NCBI GenBank assembly: GCA_041661265.1 | Contig: JBAZUT010000002.1 | Location: 140,316 to 204,315 of the forward strand | Direction: 5' to 3' | Source: Minisyncoccota bacterium | Lineage (GTDB): Bacteria > Patescibacteriota > Minisyncoccia > JAHIHE01 > JAGLIN01 | Length of the DNA stretch: 64,000 nucleotides | Shown here: piece after piece, positions 40,726-51,858 of the stretch | Numbering within the stretch: position 1 is the first letter of the stretch | Layout of the letters: every line of letters begins with the position of its first letter | Notes under the pieces: generated by a model | The model's database searches: none | Seen by the model: the letters and a program-made list of their open reading frames with translations, nothing else | Told to the model about the DNA's origin: nothing | Position numbers and translations under genes: made by a program

Positions 40726-41307
40726 TTAATAAACCCTAGGAACAACGGATGTCTGCAATTTAATCGTGACGCTGGGATCCCTCGAACTTTCCAGTTCAAG
40801 CAGAATGGTAATGATCGGCTGTTCCGCCGGAGATGCAACCAGATCGCCATTTGAATAAAAATGCAAATTGGTCACTTTTATATTCGGAGAGCTTATTGGG
40901 ACAAAACTCCCGTCATAACCCACCGAAACAGCGACAGCGCTCGCACCGCTCGCGCAAACCCCGGACGAATCCGCCTGGCAATAGACCGCACTCTTGCTTT
41001 CGTGATTGGTGAAATTTATCCTTGGCCCAGGATTCGGAGTTCCGCTGTCATCGTAATTCCTTATTCGCATATCATCGATCTTATTCGCCATCCTGATCTC
41101 CCGGCCCATTCTTTCCAAAAGAAAACTTGCTTCATTATTGACCAGATTCATCTCGCTTGCGCGCGCCTGAGACTTTATTCCGCTTATGAAAAGCCCCATC
41201 GTAAAAACTATGACAAGCGAAAACAGCCCGAGTGCCACCATGGTTTCAAGAAGCGTCATTCCTTTTTGGTCAAGTTCATGCATCTGGGTTAATTTATCTG
41301 AGATCAT
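40726..41307 (-). CDS. PilW/GspJ-like minor pilin
   Basis: KG|MTLLETMVAL, LERMGREIR. Confidence 0.88.
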   Translation of the reverse strand: MISDKLTQMHELDQKGMTLLETMVALGLFSLVIVFTMGLFISGIKSQARASEMNLVNNEASFLLERMGREIRMANKIDDMRIRNYDDSGTPNPGPRINFTNHESKSAVYCQADSSGVCASGASAVAVSVGYDGSFVPISSPNIKVTNLHFYSNGDLVASPAEQPIITILLELESSRDPSVTIKLQTSVVPRVY

Positions 41308-41845
41308 TAAGATATGACGTCAATGAATACAGTTCTTTTCCGCCTCGTTCCACTTTTACCGTTGCCTTCATGACGCCTACAGCAGGATAGCTTATATTAA
41401 CATACCGCTGAAAACCCGAATTATGCCATTCGCCGGACGACGTAATTTCCGTATCATATTCACACTGAATATATCCATTGATTTCTTTGGTCAATACCTG
41501 CATGCTTTGCGCGGTTTTATCCTTCAACTCAAACCCGTCCGTTATCTTTGCATTCTTGCACTGCCCATAGTTACTGGAATTTATCACCACAATGACCTTG
41601 TCTCCCTCCAAGAGCGCATCTGTGAGCGGAAAGTTAGCGTCATCGTCCCTTATCTTTCTCATTATTTCCATCCCATCCTGTGCAAGATAAACAGCATTAA
41701 GCCTTGCTTCAATATCTATTTCGTCTCTCAGTGATGACGTAAGTATGTTCACGATTGGTATGACACTGATCATGATCACCGAAATGCTTACCGCGATCTC
41801 CAGCAATCCGAATCCTTTTTTGTTTTTTATTATTTTTCCGATCAT
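41294..41845 (-). CDS. PilV/GspI-like minor pilin
   Basis: KG|FGLLEIAV, AVYLAQDGME.MRKIRD. Confidence 0.88.
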   Translation of the reverse strand: MIGKIIKNKKGFGLLEIAVSISVIMISVIPIVNILTSSLRDEIDIEARLNAVYLAQDGMEIMRKIRDDDANFPLTDALLEGDKVIVVINSSNYGQCKNAKITDGFELKDKTAQSMQVLTKEINGYIQCEYDTEITSSGEWHNSGFQRYVNISYPAVGVMKATVKVERGGKELYSLTSYLNDLR

Positions 41846-41849
41846 TGAT

Positions 41850-42431
41850 TTATTTTATCTGGCCCTGAGAATTAACCGTAACGGTCCTGCAGAACGTCGG
41901 ACAGCCTTCGGGACTTCTCAATATTTTGACCTCCAGGGTTGCCCCGCTGCCCTGCAGTGTTCCATTAAATGTCATATTCACCTTCCCGTAAGGCGGCCCA
42001 AACAGAATATCCGCATTCGGAAGATCAGAGACACCGTTCAGAGTTTCGATCGTAACACTTGGAGAAAGAACTATTGTTTCGACGATCTGGTCTTCGCCGG
42101 AAACATAAGCCTTGTTCAATACTGATGGAGAATTAAGAAATATGATATAGCCGGCGCCATCCCTTTCGAAATGGATCCCGTATCCGCCGGATATGTCATA
42201 ATCCTCGAATTTCTTTATATTTATCGAATAATTTTGAACTCTTCTTATGTCATCCGAAATCTTTTGGATCGCGAACTGCATCTCCTTGGTTTTTTTCTGG
42301 GAATTATAGTTATTCATGACCACAACCGACATTATCGAAATTATGACGATAACAAGCATCATCTCCAGCAACGTAAAACCATTCGAATTCCTCAGGGTAA
42401 ACTCTTTTTTGTTTAATTTCGGATCTGACAT
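41850..42431 (-). CDS. FimU/GspH-like minor pilin
   Basis: NG|FTLLEMMLVI, ISDDIRRVQ, YGIHF, terminal TVNSQGQI. Confidence 0.88.
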   Translation of the reverse strand: MSDPKLNKKEFTLRNSNGFTLLEMMLVIVIISIMSVVVMNNYNSQKKTKEMQFAIQKISDDIRRVQNYSINIKKFEDYDISGGYGIHFERDGAGYIIFLNSPSVLNKAYVSGEDQIVETIVLSPSVTIETLNGVSDLPNADILFGPPYGKVNMTFNGTLQGSGATLEVKILRSPEGCPTFCRTVTVNSQGQIK

Positions 42432-42441
42432 ATTTTTTGTT

Positions 42442-43650
42442 TCAACTTAATGTGCTGGTCATTCCATAGATCGGCTGCAAGATCGACAATATGAATATCA
42501 GCACGCCGATCCCAAGAACAAATATCAAAACCGGTTCGATAAGCGCCATTATGCCTTCGATCGCAAGATCGATTTCTTTCTCATAGAAAGAAGATATATC
42601 CTGAAGTATCTTGCCGAACTGCCCGGACTTTTCTCCGATCCTCATCATTTTCGAAACCACAACGGGGAAATTATCGCTTCTTTCAAAAACATAAGATACT
42701 GACCCGCCGATCTTAACCTCATCGATACTGCTGAAGATCAATTCCTTGTATACATTATTCCCCACGATATTTCCGGTGATCTTGAGCGCATCAGTTATGG
42801 GTATTCCGCTTGCGATAAGCATGGACAGATTTCCCGCAAATCTTGAAACATAGACTTTTTGCAATATGGTTTTTATTTTGGGAATTTTCAAGATCATGGC
42901 ATCAAATATTTTTTTTCCATTGGGCGTGGATATATAGCTCTTCAAAAGATAAGCAAAACTAATGGAAAGGACAATGATCACAACAAGATAGTCCTGGAAG
43001 AACTTCGACAAGCTGATCAGAGCCTTCGTTGTGAACGGAAGCTCCTGTCCGGCTTTGTCGAACACTGAAACCAATTGAGGCATTACAAACACCATTACGC
43101 CGACACCGACAACTCCGAATCCCGCGATCACAACAACGGGATATATCATTGCATTCTTTAGTTTTGCGTTCAAATAGCTTTGCTTGTCCATATATGTCGA
43201 AAGGTGCACGAATGTTTCCTGCAATTTTCCCGAAGCTTCGCCCGCCCTGACGATATTGATATAAAAATCCGAAAAAAGATTCGGAGACTCCGCAAGCGCC
43301 GATGAAAAAGGCATGCCGTCATCCACTTTGCTCGCTATGCTGTATATCTGCTCTTTGAAATATTCATTCTCCTCCTGCCCATAGAGTATTCTGAGCGCTT
43401 CGACGAGAGGTATGCCGGATTCAAGCATAACAGCCAGCTCTTTCGAGAACATGATTATTTTCTCTCTTTTGACCTTATGAAGGAACGAGAACATTTTCCC
43501 GAGCGAAAGGTATTCCCTGACAGGCTTTATCGAAACAATAACGAGCTTATGCCTCTGCAGGATCTCAATGGCTTTTTCCTGGGTGGTGGCCTCGATCTTC
43601 CCCTCCTGCTGGTTCCCGCTGATCGTGATCGCCTTGAATTGAAATTTCAT
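42442..43650 (-). CDS. pilC: type IV pilus inner-membrane platform protein (GspF family)
   Basis: LAVMLESGIPL, AGEASGKL, AMIYP, GEKSG, IEP, PIY. Confidence 0.93.
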   Translation of the reverse strand: MKFQFKAITISGNQQEGKIEATTQEKAIEILQRHKLVIVSIKPVREYLSLGKMFSFLHKVKREKIIMFSKELAVMLESGIPLVEALRILYGQEENEYFKEQIYSIASKVDDGMPFSSALAESPNLFSDFYINIVRAGEASGKLQETFVHLSTYMDKQSYLNAKLKNAMIYPVVVIAGFGVVGVGVMVFVMPQLVSVFDKAGQELPFTTKALISLSKFFQDYLVVIIVLSISFAYLLKSYISTPNGKKIFDAMILKIPKIKTILQKVYVSRFAGNLSMLIASGIPITDALKITGNIVGNNVYKELIFSSIDEVKIGGSVSYVFERSDNFPVVVSKMMRIGEKSGQFGKILQDISSFYEKEIDLAIEGIMALIEPVLIFVLGIGVLIFILSILQPIYGMTSTLS

Positions 43651-43705
43651 ATTTATATGATTATTCCGCTTTAAGCGCTATATACTATATTATAATAAAT
43701 TTACG

Positions 43706-44953
43706 TCAATTGTTCAACTTTTTCACCGCTGCATCCCTGATCTTATTGAAATTTTTCGCCACAATATATGCTATGACAATGAATATAACAAAAATCGCAG
43801 CTATCATGCCCGCCAATTTACTCTCCTTTTCGCCAATGATCTTTCTCTCGATCTTCACGGCAAGCTTCCCCTCATACGCATCGATTATTTTATCATCAGC
43901 TTTAATAACAGCTCTTACGTTCAGCGAGTTATCGTCCACAGGAACGCTCGAAACGACCTCAACCTCGAAATTGCCGCTTCTTATCTCGATCGGCCGGCTT
44001 TGCGTTTCCAGCGTTTGAAAAGTTCTGTCTTTCAGTTCGATGGTCAGCTGCGCATTCCTCGTCTCCCCCGCAGGAACAGACCCTTCGATTCCGATAATCA
44101 GTTTATTTTCCTTTCCGGGATAATACAATCCGTCCTTCGTTTCTATGTTCGATATCTTCGCATCCTTGTTTATAATCTTCCAGCTGAAACTTTCTATGCT
44201 GGATATGTTTTCTCCTTGATAAAGAAACTCCATTTCGGCGGCATAAACACCTTGCTGGCCGAGCTTCGGCATATCAACCCTGAACTTATCGTTCTTCCTG
44301 GAAAGCAATTCAACCTCGCTTCCAAAAAATTGATCCGACTCCGTCTTGGAAGGATCAATCCTCCACAAAGTTATTCTTGGAACCAAAACTACGCTGATAT
44401 CATTGGGATTATAAACATCCGCTTCGATCTCGGGAACATCTTCCGGATAATATTCTGGGATCTCTTTTACATCCAGCGCCTCTCCGTCCTTCAGGATATA
44501 GCTATTAGTCACGTTTACAAAAAAATTGTTCCCTTCTATTGATATCTCTTTTTCCTCCCAATTCAAAGCGAATCCGTCTTCCGAATATAACTGGATCTTC
44601 AGGACATATTCTCCAGTCCTGATATTGACCGGCAATCCGTATTCGATCTCTTGAATTATGTTTTTTTCCGGCTGGACCTGCTCCTTGACTTGAAACGTAA
44701 CCCGATCAAAAATCTTTCCGTCTTGGATCAAGGTAATTTCATAGCTCAGATCGGAACCTCCTTCAGAATTGTTCTGGATCAAAAAATTCCCCCTGACGAT
44801 ATCGCTATTTTTATATTCCGCTGACTCAAGTTTCAGTTCATTGATCGTGATATCGTTTCCGGCAGTTGCATATGCGAAAAAAAACGGTACAAAAAAACAG
44901 ATTACGGAAAGAACCGATGGTATTATTTTTATTTTGTGGAATTCGATATTCAT
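43706..44953 (-). CDS. secreted multi-Ig-like protein with C-terminal membrane anchor
   Basis: Signal peptide (AYA|T), beta-rich domains, C-terminal TM plus basic tail; probable start MNIEFHK at 44953. Confidence 0.75.
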   Translation of the reverse strand: MNIEFHKIKIIPSVLSVICFFVPFFFAYATAGNDITINELKLESAEYKNSDIVRGNFLIQNNSEGGSDLSYEITLIQDGKIFDRVTFQVKEQVQPEKNIIQEIEYGLPVNIRTGEYVLKIQLYSEDGFALNWEEKEISIEGNNFFVNVTNSYILKDGEALDVKEIPEYYPEDVPEIEADVYNPNDISVVLVPRITLWRIDPSKTESDQFFGSEVELLSRKNDKFRVDMPKLGQQGVYAAEMEFLYQGENISSIESFSWKIINKDAKISNIETKDGLYYPGKENKLIIGIEGSVPAGETRNAQLTIELKDRTFQTLETQSRPIEIRSGNFEVEVVSSVPVDDNSLNVRAVIKADDKIIDAYEGKLAVKIERKIIGEKESKLAGMIAAIFVIFIVIAYIVAKNFNKIRDAAVKKLNN

Positions 44954-45024
44954 AACGTTAGGCCGCATGGCGTTCTCGAAAGCGTACGGCGTTCTTTCAA
45001 AACTAAATTTGAGCGGCAAAGCTT

Positions 45025-47622
45025 TTAATCTTCCGGACAAACAGCTGCGACTGTGCTCAAGGCTCCGGCGTTGCTTACTGTGAGTCTGTGGCAAGCTCCA
45101 TCCGGAGATCTCATTATTAACCCCTTGCCCAATGTGCTGATCGAAACATCCCCGTCTGCCGTTATCAGCATTCTGTCACCATTGACGCCGCCGCTATCTG
45201 TAGTAATAAATCTATACTTATCGCTCGAAGGCCCGGCTACTGCAGGGCTCATGTTAAAGACAACATCGCCACCCGATCCGGGCCAAATTGGATAATCCGC
45301 GGACGTTCTGGCGATCAGAAATTCTCCGGCATCAGTACTGAATCTGATCCTAGTCTTCGCGCCCGAATTATTAGTGTTTTTGATCATGATGCTGCTGTCA
45401 TCCGCTCCGGTTAAATTTGATTCAATTTGCAGCCTGTCAGTTGGGCTTGATGTACCTATGCCCACCTTGCCATTCTCGTGAACTTTGAATATCGAATTAG
45501 TCGCCTGATCCTCTATATTCAAGTAAGCGAAACCCATGGCCGCATCTCTTTTTATATGTAGACCTTCCGTCGCGACAGCGCTTGACATCTTGACATCCAA
45601 AGTCGCATTCGGACGCACACCACTTGTGAAAGATCCTGCTCCGATCCTGCGATACTCGGAATCGATCGTCATTGCCAAAGGTCCGTCCGTAGATCCACCG
45701 ATGCTTTGATTGCCGAAAATCATGAGATTGTTTTTTCCTGCCACATCAATGTGTCTGAAAGCAAAAACGGAATCCACCCCCCCTCCCACGATCACATCAG
45801 CACTGGGCATAGAGAGTCCGGCATAATTCGGCGGTGTTTCAGCGCCTTCCGTCGTTCCGCTGATTTTCAAACTTCCATTGACTTCAAGAGTTGATTTGGG
45901 ATCCATTGTCCCGATGCCGACATTGCCGTTATTTTTTATGGTCATCCGCTCAACAGGCGCATCTGTTCCGTCAAGTGTGGTTGAAAACATCAATCTGCCC
46001 GGCACATCATTGTTCCCGGTCGCGCCATCAATCTGAGCTTGTATTGATGCGCTTGCCCGGCCGCCGGAATTTGGCCATTCGTCGCCGTCATATGCCTTGA
46101 ATCGAATACCTCCAATATAATCTCCATTTTGAACTGTAGCCGGAATTCCCGGGCCCGCTCCTTCTCTTGCCCGATAAATATCATAATCCGGTCCGGACGT
46201 TCCAACTGCACTGTTTATTTCATAATGCGCAACATCTCCTCCGCCGATCGTGAGCTTTTCTTTTGGAGCCGAAGCTGGAAATAAAGTCCCTATACCCACG
46301 CTCCCCGAATTGCTGTTATACATGTCCGTTCCGCTAAGAGTCCACTGTCCGCCTGCACCGCCGCTAATGCAATCCGTCCAAGTCCCATTTTGGTAGCACT
46401 GAAATTTATTAGACGTTGAGTCATAATACATCGTCCCGTTTGAAGGTGCAGCGGGCACAGCGGATGGTCTCATTTTTATAGCACCATTCACATCGAGTTT
46501 CTGGCTCGGATCAGGCGCGCCGATTCCGACATTGCCGAAGTCGGGGTTAAGGATCAAATTAAGACCCGGCCCGCTCAGGGCGCCGCTATTATCAAACTGT
46601 CCAGACTGAATACTGCCGAATGAATCATCGTTCTTTGCTCCCAATGTTAATCCGTATCCGAAAGATCCTACGCCATTGGCTTTATTATTATAGAATGCAG
46701 CCGTGTGCATAGTCGGACCCGTGGCATTTCCATGAACAGAAAGCATCCTGTCGGTTGTGTTTTGCGCAGCACCACCATCTGAAACTTCGAGCTTGGATCC
46801 TGGAGCTAGCGTCCCAATTCCGACTCTGGCGTTTCTTGTGTCTATGACCATGGTATTTGGTGTGCCTACATTCTCCTTGTGATTTCCGAAAATAAACATG
46901 CTGCTGGGCTTGGTAGCGATATCTTCTTGCCTGAATTTGAATATTCCATCAGTCCCGCCTCCGAGAAGCATATCCATATTGGGAATATATATGCCTCCTA
47001 TGCCTTCATAATCGCTTAAGAAACTGACCGAGCCGCTCGTAGTCAATGCACCTGTGGTCTTTATGCCATTAGGATGTATGATATATTTAAAATTTCCATT
47101 CCAATTCGCTTTCTGGTCTATCCTAACTTGAGTAACAGGAGGAACACCTATCAAAGATGTCACCGTACGAACATCATCATAGGGAGTCGCTCCGCCGAAG
47201 TGGAAAATCAATTGACTGACACCCGGGACCATGTTGTTGAAATTGTCGCCTGATATCGTCACGGTGTCCGTATATCCGCCAGTGCTGATTGTTGCCGCTC
47301 CGCCATCCACAGCCGCATCACCGATCACGTCCAGTTTTGAGTCCGGTGTCAGCGTTCCGATCCCCACATTGCCGGCAGCAACGGAAAGCCCGTTCGGCCA
47401 GCCTGCCGTGTTCAAGATGAGCCCTCCTCCCTTGGTCTGTCCGGCATTGCCTACATTAAGCGGAGCATCGCATCCGGGATATCCAGCCGGACAATCGGGA
47501 GGATCGGCGGGAGCGGGAGACCAGGCGATGACCGTATAGCCAAACGCCATAATGCATATGGCAACGCTAAGAAGAACGGAAGCTATTCTTGTTTTTTCAA
47601 AATTTTTTTTCACGATTGGCAT
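45025..47622 (-). CDS. secreted tail-fibre-like beta-repeat protein (865 aa)
   Basis: Signal peptide, W..P..PP...PLNVG..Q.KGGGL.LN head and multiple GNVGIG(T) repeats. Confidence 0.8.
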   Translation of the reverse strand: MPIVKKNFEKTRIASVLLSVAICIMAFGYTVIAWSPAPADPPDCPAGYPGCDAPLNVGNAGQTKGGGLILNTAGWPNGLSVAAGNVGIGTLTPDSKLDVIGDAAVDGGAATISTGGYTDTVTISGDNFNNMVPGVSQLIFHFGGATPYDDVRTVTSLIGVPPVTQVRIDQKANWNGNFKYIIHPNGIKTTGALTTSGSVSFLSDYEGIGGIYIPNMDMLLGGGTDGIFKFRQEDIATKPSSMFIFGNHKENVGTPNTMVIDTRNARVGIGTLAPGSKLEVSDGGAAQNTTDRMLSVHGNATGPTMHTAAFYNNKANGVGSFGYGLTLGAKNDDSFGSIQSGQFDNSGALSGPGLNLILNPDFGNVGIGAPDPSQKLDVNGAIKMRPSAVPAAPSNGTMYYDSTSNKFQCYQNGTWTDCISGGAGGQWTLSGTDMYNSNSGSVGIGTLFPASAPKEKLTIGGGDVAHYEINSAVGTSGPDYDIYRAREGAGPGIPATVQNGDYIGGIRFKAYDGDEWPNSGGRASASIQAQIDGATGNNDVPGRLMFSTTLDGTDAPVERMTIKNNGNVGIGTMDPKSTLEVNGSLKISGTTEGAETPPNYAGLSMPSADVIVGGGVDSVFAFRHIDVAGKNNLMIFGNQSIGGSTDGPLAMTIDSEYRRIGAGSFTSGVRPNATLDVKMSSAVATEGLHIKRDAAMGFAYLNIEDQATNSIFKVHENGKVGIGTSSPTDRLQIESNLTGADDSSIMIKNTNNSGAKTRIRFSTDAGEFLIARTSADYPIWPGSGGDVVFNMSPAVAGPSSDKYRFITTDSGGVNGDRMLITADGDVSISTLGKGLIMRSPDGACHRLTVSNAGALSTVAAVCPED

Positions 47623-47650
47623 AGTGTTTATTTAAAATTATTATAATGGA

Positions 47651-47968
47651 CTATCTATTGGTTCCATAGGAATCAAGTATTTCCTTCGGGATCACTACTT
47701 CATTTTTGGGGTCCGGTGCGACCGCGCCATCAGGACCATATGCCTCCAGCACTTCTTTAGACGGAACGATCTCCGGTTTCTTTTTTAATGATTCATCGTC
47801 AGATGGTCCATAGCTGTCATACACATCCCGCATAGTTCTTTTAGGCTGATCCGGCTGTTCGGGCGTCTCGGGTTTTACGTTCAGCAAAACATAGCATACA
47901 GCAACAATGAACACCAGAAAAACGGCAAACACCGCATAGATCAATTTTTTATCGTATTTAACCTGCAT
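47651..47968 (-). CDS. small single-pass membrane protein (paralogue of 53519-53860)
   Basis: TM followed by 3 short repeats (DVYDSYGP / EVLEAYGP / EILDSYG). Confidence 0.75.
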   Translation of the reverse strand: MQVKYDKKLIYAVFAVFLVFIVAVCYVLLNVKPETPEQPDQPKRTMRDVYDSYGPSDDESLKKKPEIVPSKEVLEAYGPDGAVAPDPKNEVVIPKEILDSYGTNR

Positions 47969-47987
47969 TTTTTTATATTTATAATGA

Positions 47988-50900
47988 CTAAGGGGCCGCC
48001 TCGTTCCATTTTGGCTTATTACTCATGATATTTACGTCTTTTTGCTTGTCCCTGTCATGCGCCCAGCACTCTATCCCGCCGGAGTCTCTCACTCTAAGAT
48101 CAACTCGATAAACATTCGGCGTCGGATATGAGTATGTTTCCGTGTATCCGGGAGGAGGAGTTATCGCCTCGGCATCGGGCGTCACAGGGTTCGTTGCATA
48201 ATCAAAGAACCACTGATATCTGTCGATCGTATATGGCGGATCATCCGACCAGGACAATGAGGGATCAAAAACTATAGGCATGAACAGGAGTATGTTGCCG
48301 GCAGGAGCATATGTGAATTCCGCCCTGGGATATTGATGATCGGGAGAAGGATTCGGACTTCCAAGTTCATCCACACTGTCGGGAAACGGATCTCCGATCA
48401 TAAAATCTCCTTCGTTTATATTATTGTCGCTGTCGTAAACCCTAAGTTTCCAAATATATGTGAATCCTCCGTAATCTATAAAATTCGCGCCGCACAATGC
48501 CACTGAATTTATTTCGGTTCCCAAAAGATTGGTGGCATTATCATTCTTCTTGCCGGGTTTGCATTCAGCGACAAAATTTCCGATGCTATCGTATTTCGTA
48601 AGTTCGATCTCATAGGCCGACTGCATTCCATAGCCGTCTTCGGCATCGTTATACTCCCACCTCAGCGACACCGCTCCGGGCAGATCTTTCTTGCAATAAT
48701 CAATGCCCATCTGGCCGAATATCCATAAAGCCGGTTTATTGTCGCCTATCCTGATCTTTACGCCATCAAAGCTTATCCAGCCTCCGACAAGTCCCGACCA
48801 ACCCCATCCCGAAAGATCGCTTCCCGCCAGCACAACTTTATAGTTTGAAGTGCCGCAGCTGGCATCATTGATGCAATTCAAGGAGATCCATCCGTCCCAC
48901 CCTCCTCTTTCCTCGGGCGGACGAAGTGGTCCTGTACAATTATTTGCAAAAACGCTGCAAGCTCTGGCCCAGCCTTTAAATTCATTTCCGTCCAAGCGTG
49001 CCTGACAATTGCCCCCGTTTGGACATTCGGTCAGAATGAATGGCGGAGTAACAACATCTTTGATATCCGGCCAGTTGAAACTGACCCAGCCGAAATTCTC
49101 TCCCCAGGCATAACCCGAAAGATCATTAGTGCTTGTGCTAATTCTCGCTCCATAAGGGAAAGCGGTTCCCAAAGAAGGACAATTCGCCGGAGCGGCGCCT
49201 CCGTCCTCCAAAGCTCCTTCAAAAGTTCCATCGCCGTCAGTATCGCAATCCTTGCTGCTGAAACTTATCCATCCGATCGTATCACTCCAGCCAAACCCAT
49301 AAAGATTCGAATATTCTGCCGCCGGAATTACTGTCAATTTAAAAGTTTTCTCTTTGTTGGCAAGTCCCGCACTTTGGCCGGTTATTTTTATGATATAATC
49401 GCCTGTCGGAGTGCTCGGATCGATATCTATATCAAACGTGCGGGTGCAGTCCGGCTGGCAAACATTGCCTACCGACCAGCTTATGCCGATCAGAGGCTCG
49501 GAAGGGCTTATACTATAGGAAAGAAGGACGTCTTGCGCCGGCGCCTGGACCAAATTAATAACGGCACCCCTTGTTGCTGACGCTCCCGTCGTCAGAACCA
49601 TGTCCGACATATCCGATATTTCATAGTTGAAAAATGTTCCTATAGTGATCATGCCTGAATAGTCGCTTACTCCGTCGGAAGCCACGCCATAAACATAGTA
49701 ATTTCCGGGAACAATGCCAGCCGTATTCCAGTTACATATTGCCCCTGCGCTCTCCGGAACAGATCCACAGAGTGCGATTGCGCCCACGTAACCATTTGCA
49801 TTATTCATATCGTTATCATAATACAAAGCTGCGGTAGCTATATCATCCGGATCAATTAAAGAATAATTGATCCCAAAAACATCTCCCTGTGCCACTGAAT
49901 CGCCGTTTGGCGATGTTATATTGAGAATGGAGGGAATGTCAGCTGAAATTTCTTCCGCTCCGATACAGACTCCCGGTTCAGGCGAGGCATATTTGCTTCT
50001 GAGATAGTATCTGCTAATTTCACCTGCGGAAAGCGCACGGTCATAGAGGCGAACTTCATCCATCTCGCCATCAAACACCTCCCCCGGGTGCTCAGAGCCG
50101 AACACAGCACTATTTCCTATATAATATTGGGTCGTTCCGGAAGATGAATTATTGAAAAAGAATTTGCTGGCTGCGTTTCCCGCGTCATAATTAACAACAG
50201 CCTGCTTTACGCCATCAAGATAGAACTCATTTCCTGAGCCGGAAACGACATATGCAACAAGATGCCAATTGGTCGGATTAGATACCTGGACATAACCGTC
50301 AAATTCCGCATTACAATCGCCATTAGCGCTTCCCCAAACCTCAAAATAAGTCGTGCCAGCAACAGTAGTCATGGCTATTTCAAACGGATACGTGCAATTT
50401 CCCGAATCCGCTGTAAATATCGAGTCAAAACCAGATGCTCCGGCATTGGCCTTGACCCACGCCATAAAAGTTCCGGAGGTCAGTCCATCAAAGACGTTGT
50501 CTGGCGAAATGGATACATAATCATTTGTTCCGTCAAAGCTGAGTGAATTTCCGGCAGAAAACTGCAGATTACGGCTGTCCCATTGACCTCCATCCGAGGA
50601 AGTCCGGATAGGATTGTCGGGTGCACCGCCCATTGTTCCGCCGTTTCCACTACCCGAACTGTCCGAAACTGTCGCACCTGCCGCTTCATCCATATGCCAA
50701 AGTCCCACAAGTCCGGACTCCGCGTAGTCTTTTGTGAAAGTGTTGTCATAACTGCCGACGCTTGATGCAGCCGCATTTCCATAGTACATATATATCGTAT
50801 CGGTTGCAAAAGCAGGTACGTTTGGAACCTTTACCCAAAAATCGGCTGTTGAAGAATCAGTTTTGCTTTCAAGCCAGTAATAGATCGGGGTCGATCCATC

Positions 50901-51482
50901 CGAAGATGTAAATCTGATATCGTCAAAATCCGATTGCATATCTGCATCATATGCAATTGTCACTTTTATCTGATGATCAACAAGATTCGATCCTGAATTC
51001 TCGGAAATGATTATCGGTTTCCTCTTTGTCCAATTAGAATCAAGCCATGATCCTCCTCCGGTCTTAAGACAACCCAGGCCAACCGGAATAGCACTTGCCT
51101 CATCAGACTGTGGACCTTCGCCAATCAAATTAACGGCTGACACTTTGTAAAAATATGCAGTGCCATTGGCAAGACCAGAGTCAGTGCAGATTGTTGTATT
51201 TCCAAGACTTGAACAGCCTCCCAAAGCAAGCAATGAATATGAACCATTAGTCGGGCTGCTACGATAAACTCTGTAATTTGTGATCGCAGAACCGCCATTG
51301 TCCGGCGCGGTCCAAGATAAAGATATTTGAGTATTGCCGGAAGTAGCATTCAAACCGGCTACTTGAGCGGGAGCAGATGCGGCACCTGCATAATAGACAT
51401 ATTCAAAACACAATAAAACAGCAGCAACAATAATTATTGCCGGAATATATTTTTTATTTTTTAATGCCAAACCTACTGGCAT
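47988..51482 (-). CDS. large secreted adhesin (1164 aa): Fn3, DUF2341-like, LamG, Ig, G-[WF]-x-W/GWI repeats, PKD-like, C-terminal KWNEAAP
   Basis: DFDDIRFT..FWVKVP..IYMYYGN; LVGLWHMDE..FDG..DYV; GFGWSDTIGWISF; Y.W.F. Confidence 0.88.
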   Translation of the reverse strand: MPVGLALKNKKYIPAIIIVAAVLLCFEYVYYAGAASAPAQVAGLNATSGNTQISLSWTAPDNGGSAITNYRVYRSSPTNGSYSLLALGGCSSLGNTTICTDSGLANGTAYFYKVSAVNLIGEGPQSDEASAIPVGLGCLKTGGGSWLDSNWTKRKPIIISENSGSNLVDHQIKVTIAYDADMQSDFDDIRFTSSDGSTPIYYWLESKTDSSTADFWVKVPNVPAFATDTIYMYYGNAAASSVGSYDNTFTKDYAESGLVGLWHMDEAAGATVSDSSGSGNGGTMGGAPDNPIRTSSDGGQWDSRNLQFSAGNSLSFDGTNDYVSISPDNVFDGLTSGTFMAWVKANAGASGFDSIFTADSGNCTYPFEIAMTTVAGTTYFEVWGSANGDCNAEFDGYVQVSNPTNWHLVAYVVSGSGNEFYLDGVKQAVVNYDAGNAASKFFFNNSSSGTTQYYIGNSAVFGSEHPGEVFDGEMDEVRLYDRALSAGEISRYYLRSKYASPEPGVCIGAEEISADIPSILNITSPNGDSVAQGDVFGINYSLIDPDDIATAALYYDNDMNNANGYVGAIALCGSVPESAGAICNWNTAGIVPGNYYVYGVASDGVSDYSGMITIGTFFNYEISDMSDMVLTTGASATRGAVINLVQAPAQDVLLSYSISPSEPLIGISWSVGNVCQPDCTRTFDIDIDPSTPTGDYIIKITGQSAGLANKEKTFKLTVIPAAEYSNLYGFGWSDTIGWISFSSKDCDTDGDGTFEGALEDGGAAPANCPSLGTAFPYGARISTSTNDLSGYAWGENFGWVSFNWPDIKDVVTPPFILTECPNGGNCQARLDGNEFKGWARACSVFANNCTGPLRPPEERGGWDGWISLNCINDASCGTSNYKVVLAGSDLSGWGWSGLVGGWISFDGVKIRIGDNKPALWIFGQMGIDYCKKDLPGAVSLRWEYNDAEDGYGMQSAYEIELTKYDSIGNFVAECKPGKKNDNATNLLGTEINSVALCGANFIDYGGFTYIWKLRVYDSDNNINEGDFMIGDPFPDSVDELGSPNPSPDHQYPRAEFTYAPAGNILLFMPIVFDPSLSWSDDPPYTIDRYQWFFDYATNPVTPDAEAITPPPGYTETYSYPTPNVYRVDLRVRDSGGIECWAHDRDKQKDVNIMSNKPKWNEAAP

Positions 51483-51564
51483 GGATAATTTTATTTTTGT
51501 TTATTGTTCTTTCCAAATCCTATTTACGAAAGACAGATATTCCCACACCCCATGCCGGACAAAT

Positions 51565-51858
51565 TTATTTTGTCGCGCCATCAGCCGGGGCCGGATCCTG
51601 CTTCAGACAGCTGACACTTATCAGCTGGACCTGCTCTTTGTCATTGTAAATGGAGAATGGATCGCATTTTTCGTTTTTAGCCTGGGAGATCGCCGCATTT
51701 ATCATGTCGGTCTTGCCCTGCTGGTATCCCGATTGCAACGCAGCGCTCAACTGCTCTTTTTTGAAATCATCCCAAATATCTATAGCGACATATACAACAG
51801 AAAAAAGAATCCAAAAACTGACTGCGACCAAACTGACGGCTTTTTTGTCTATCTTCAT
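51565..51858 (-). CDS. small single-pass membrane protein
   Basis: TM, GYQQG, and a Cys pair CDPF...VSCL. Confidence 0.75.
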   Translation of the reverse strand: MKIDKKAVSLVAVSFWILFSVVYVAIDIWDDFKKEQLSAALQSGYQQGKTDMINAAISQAKNEKCDPFSIYNDKEQVQLISVSCLKQDPAPADGATK

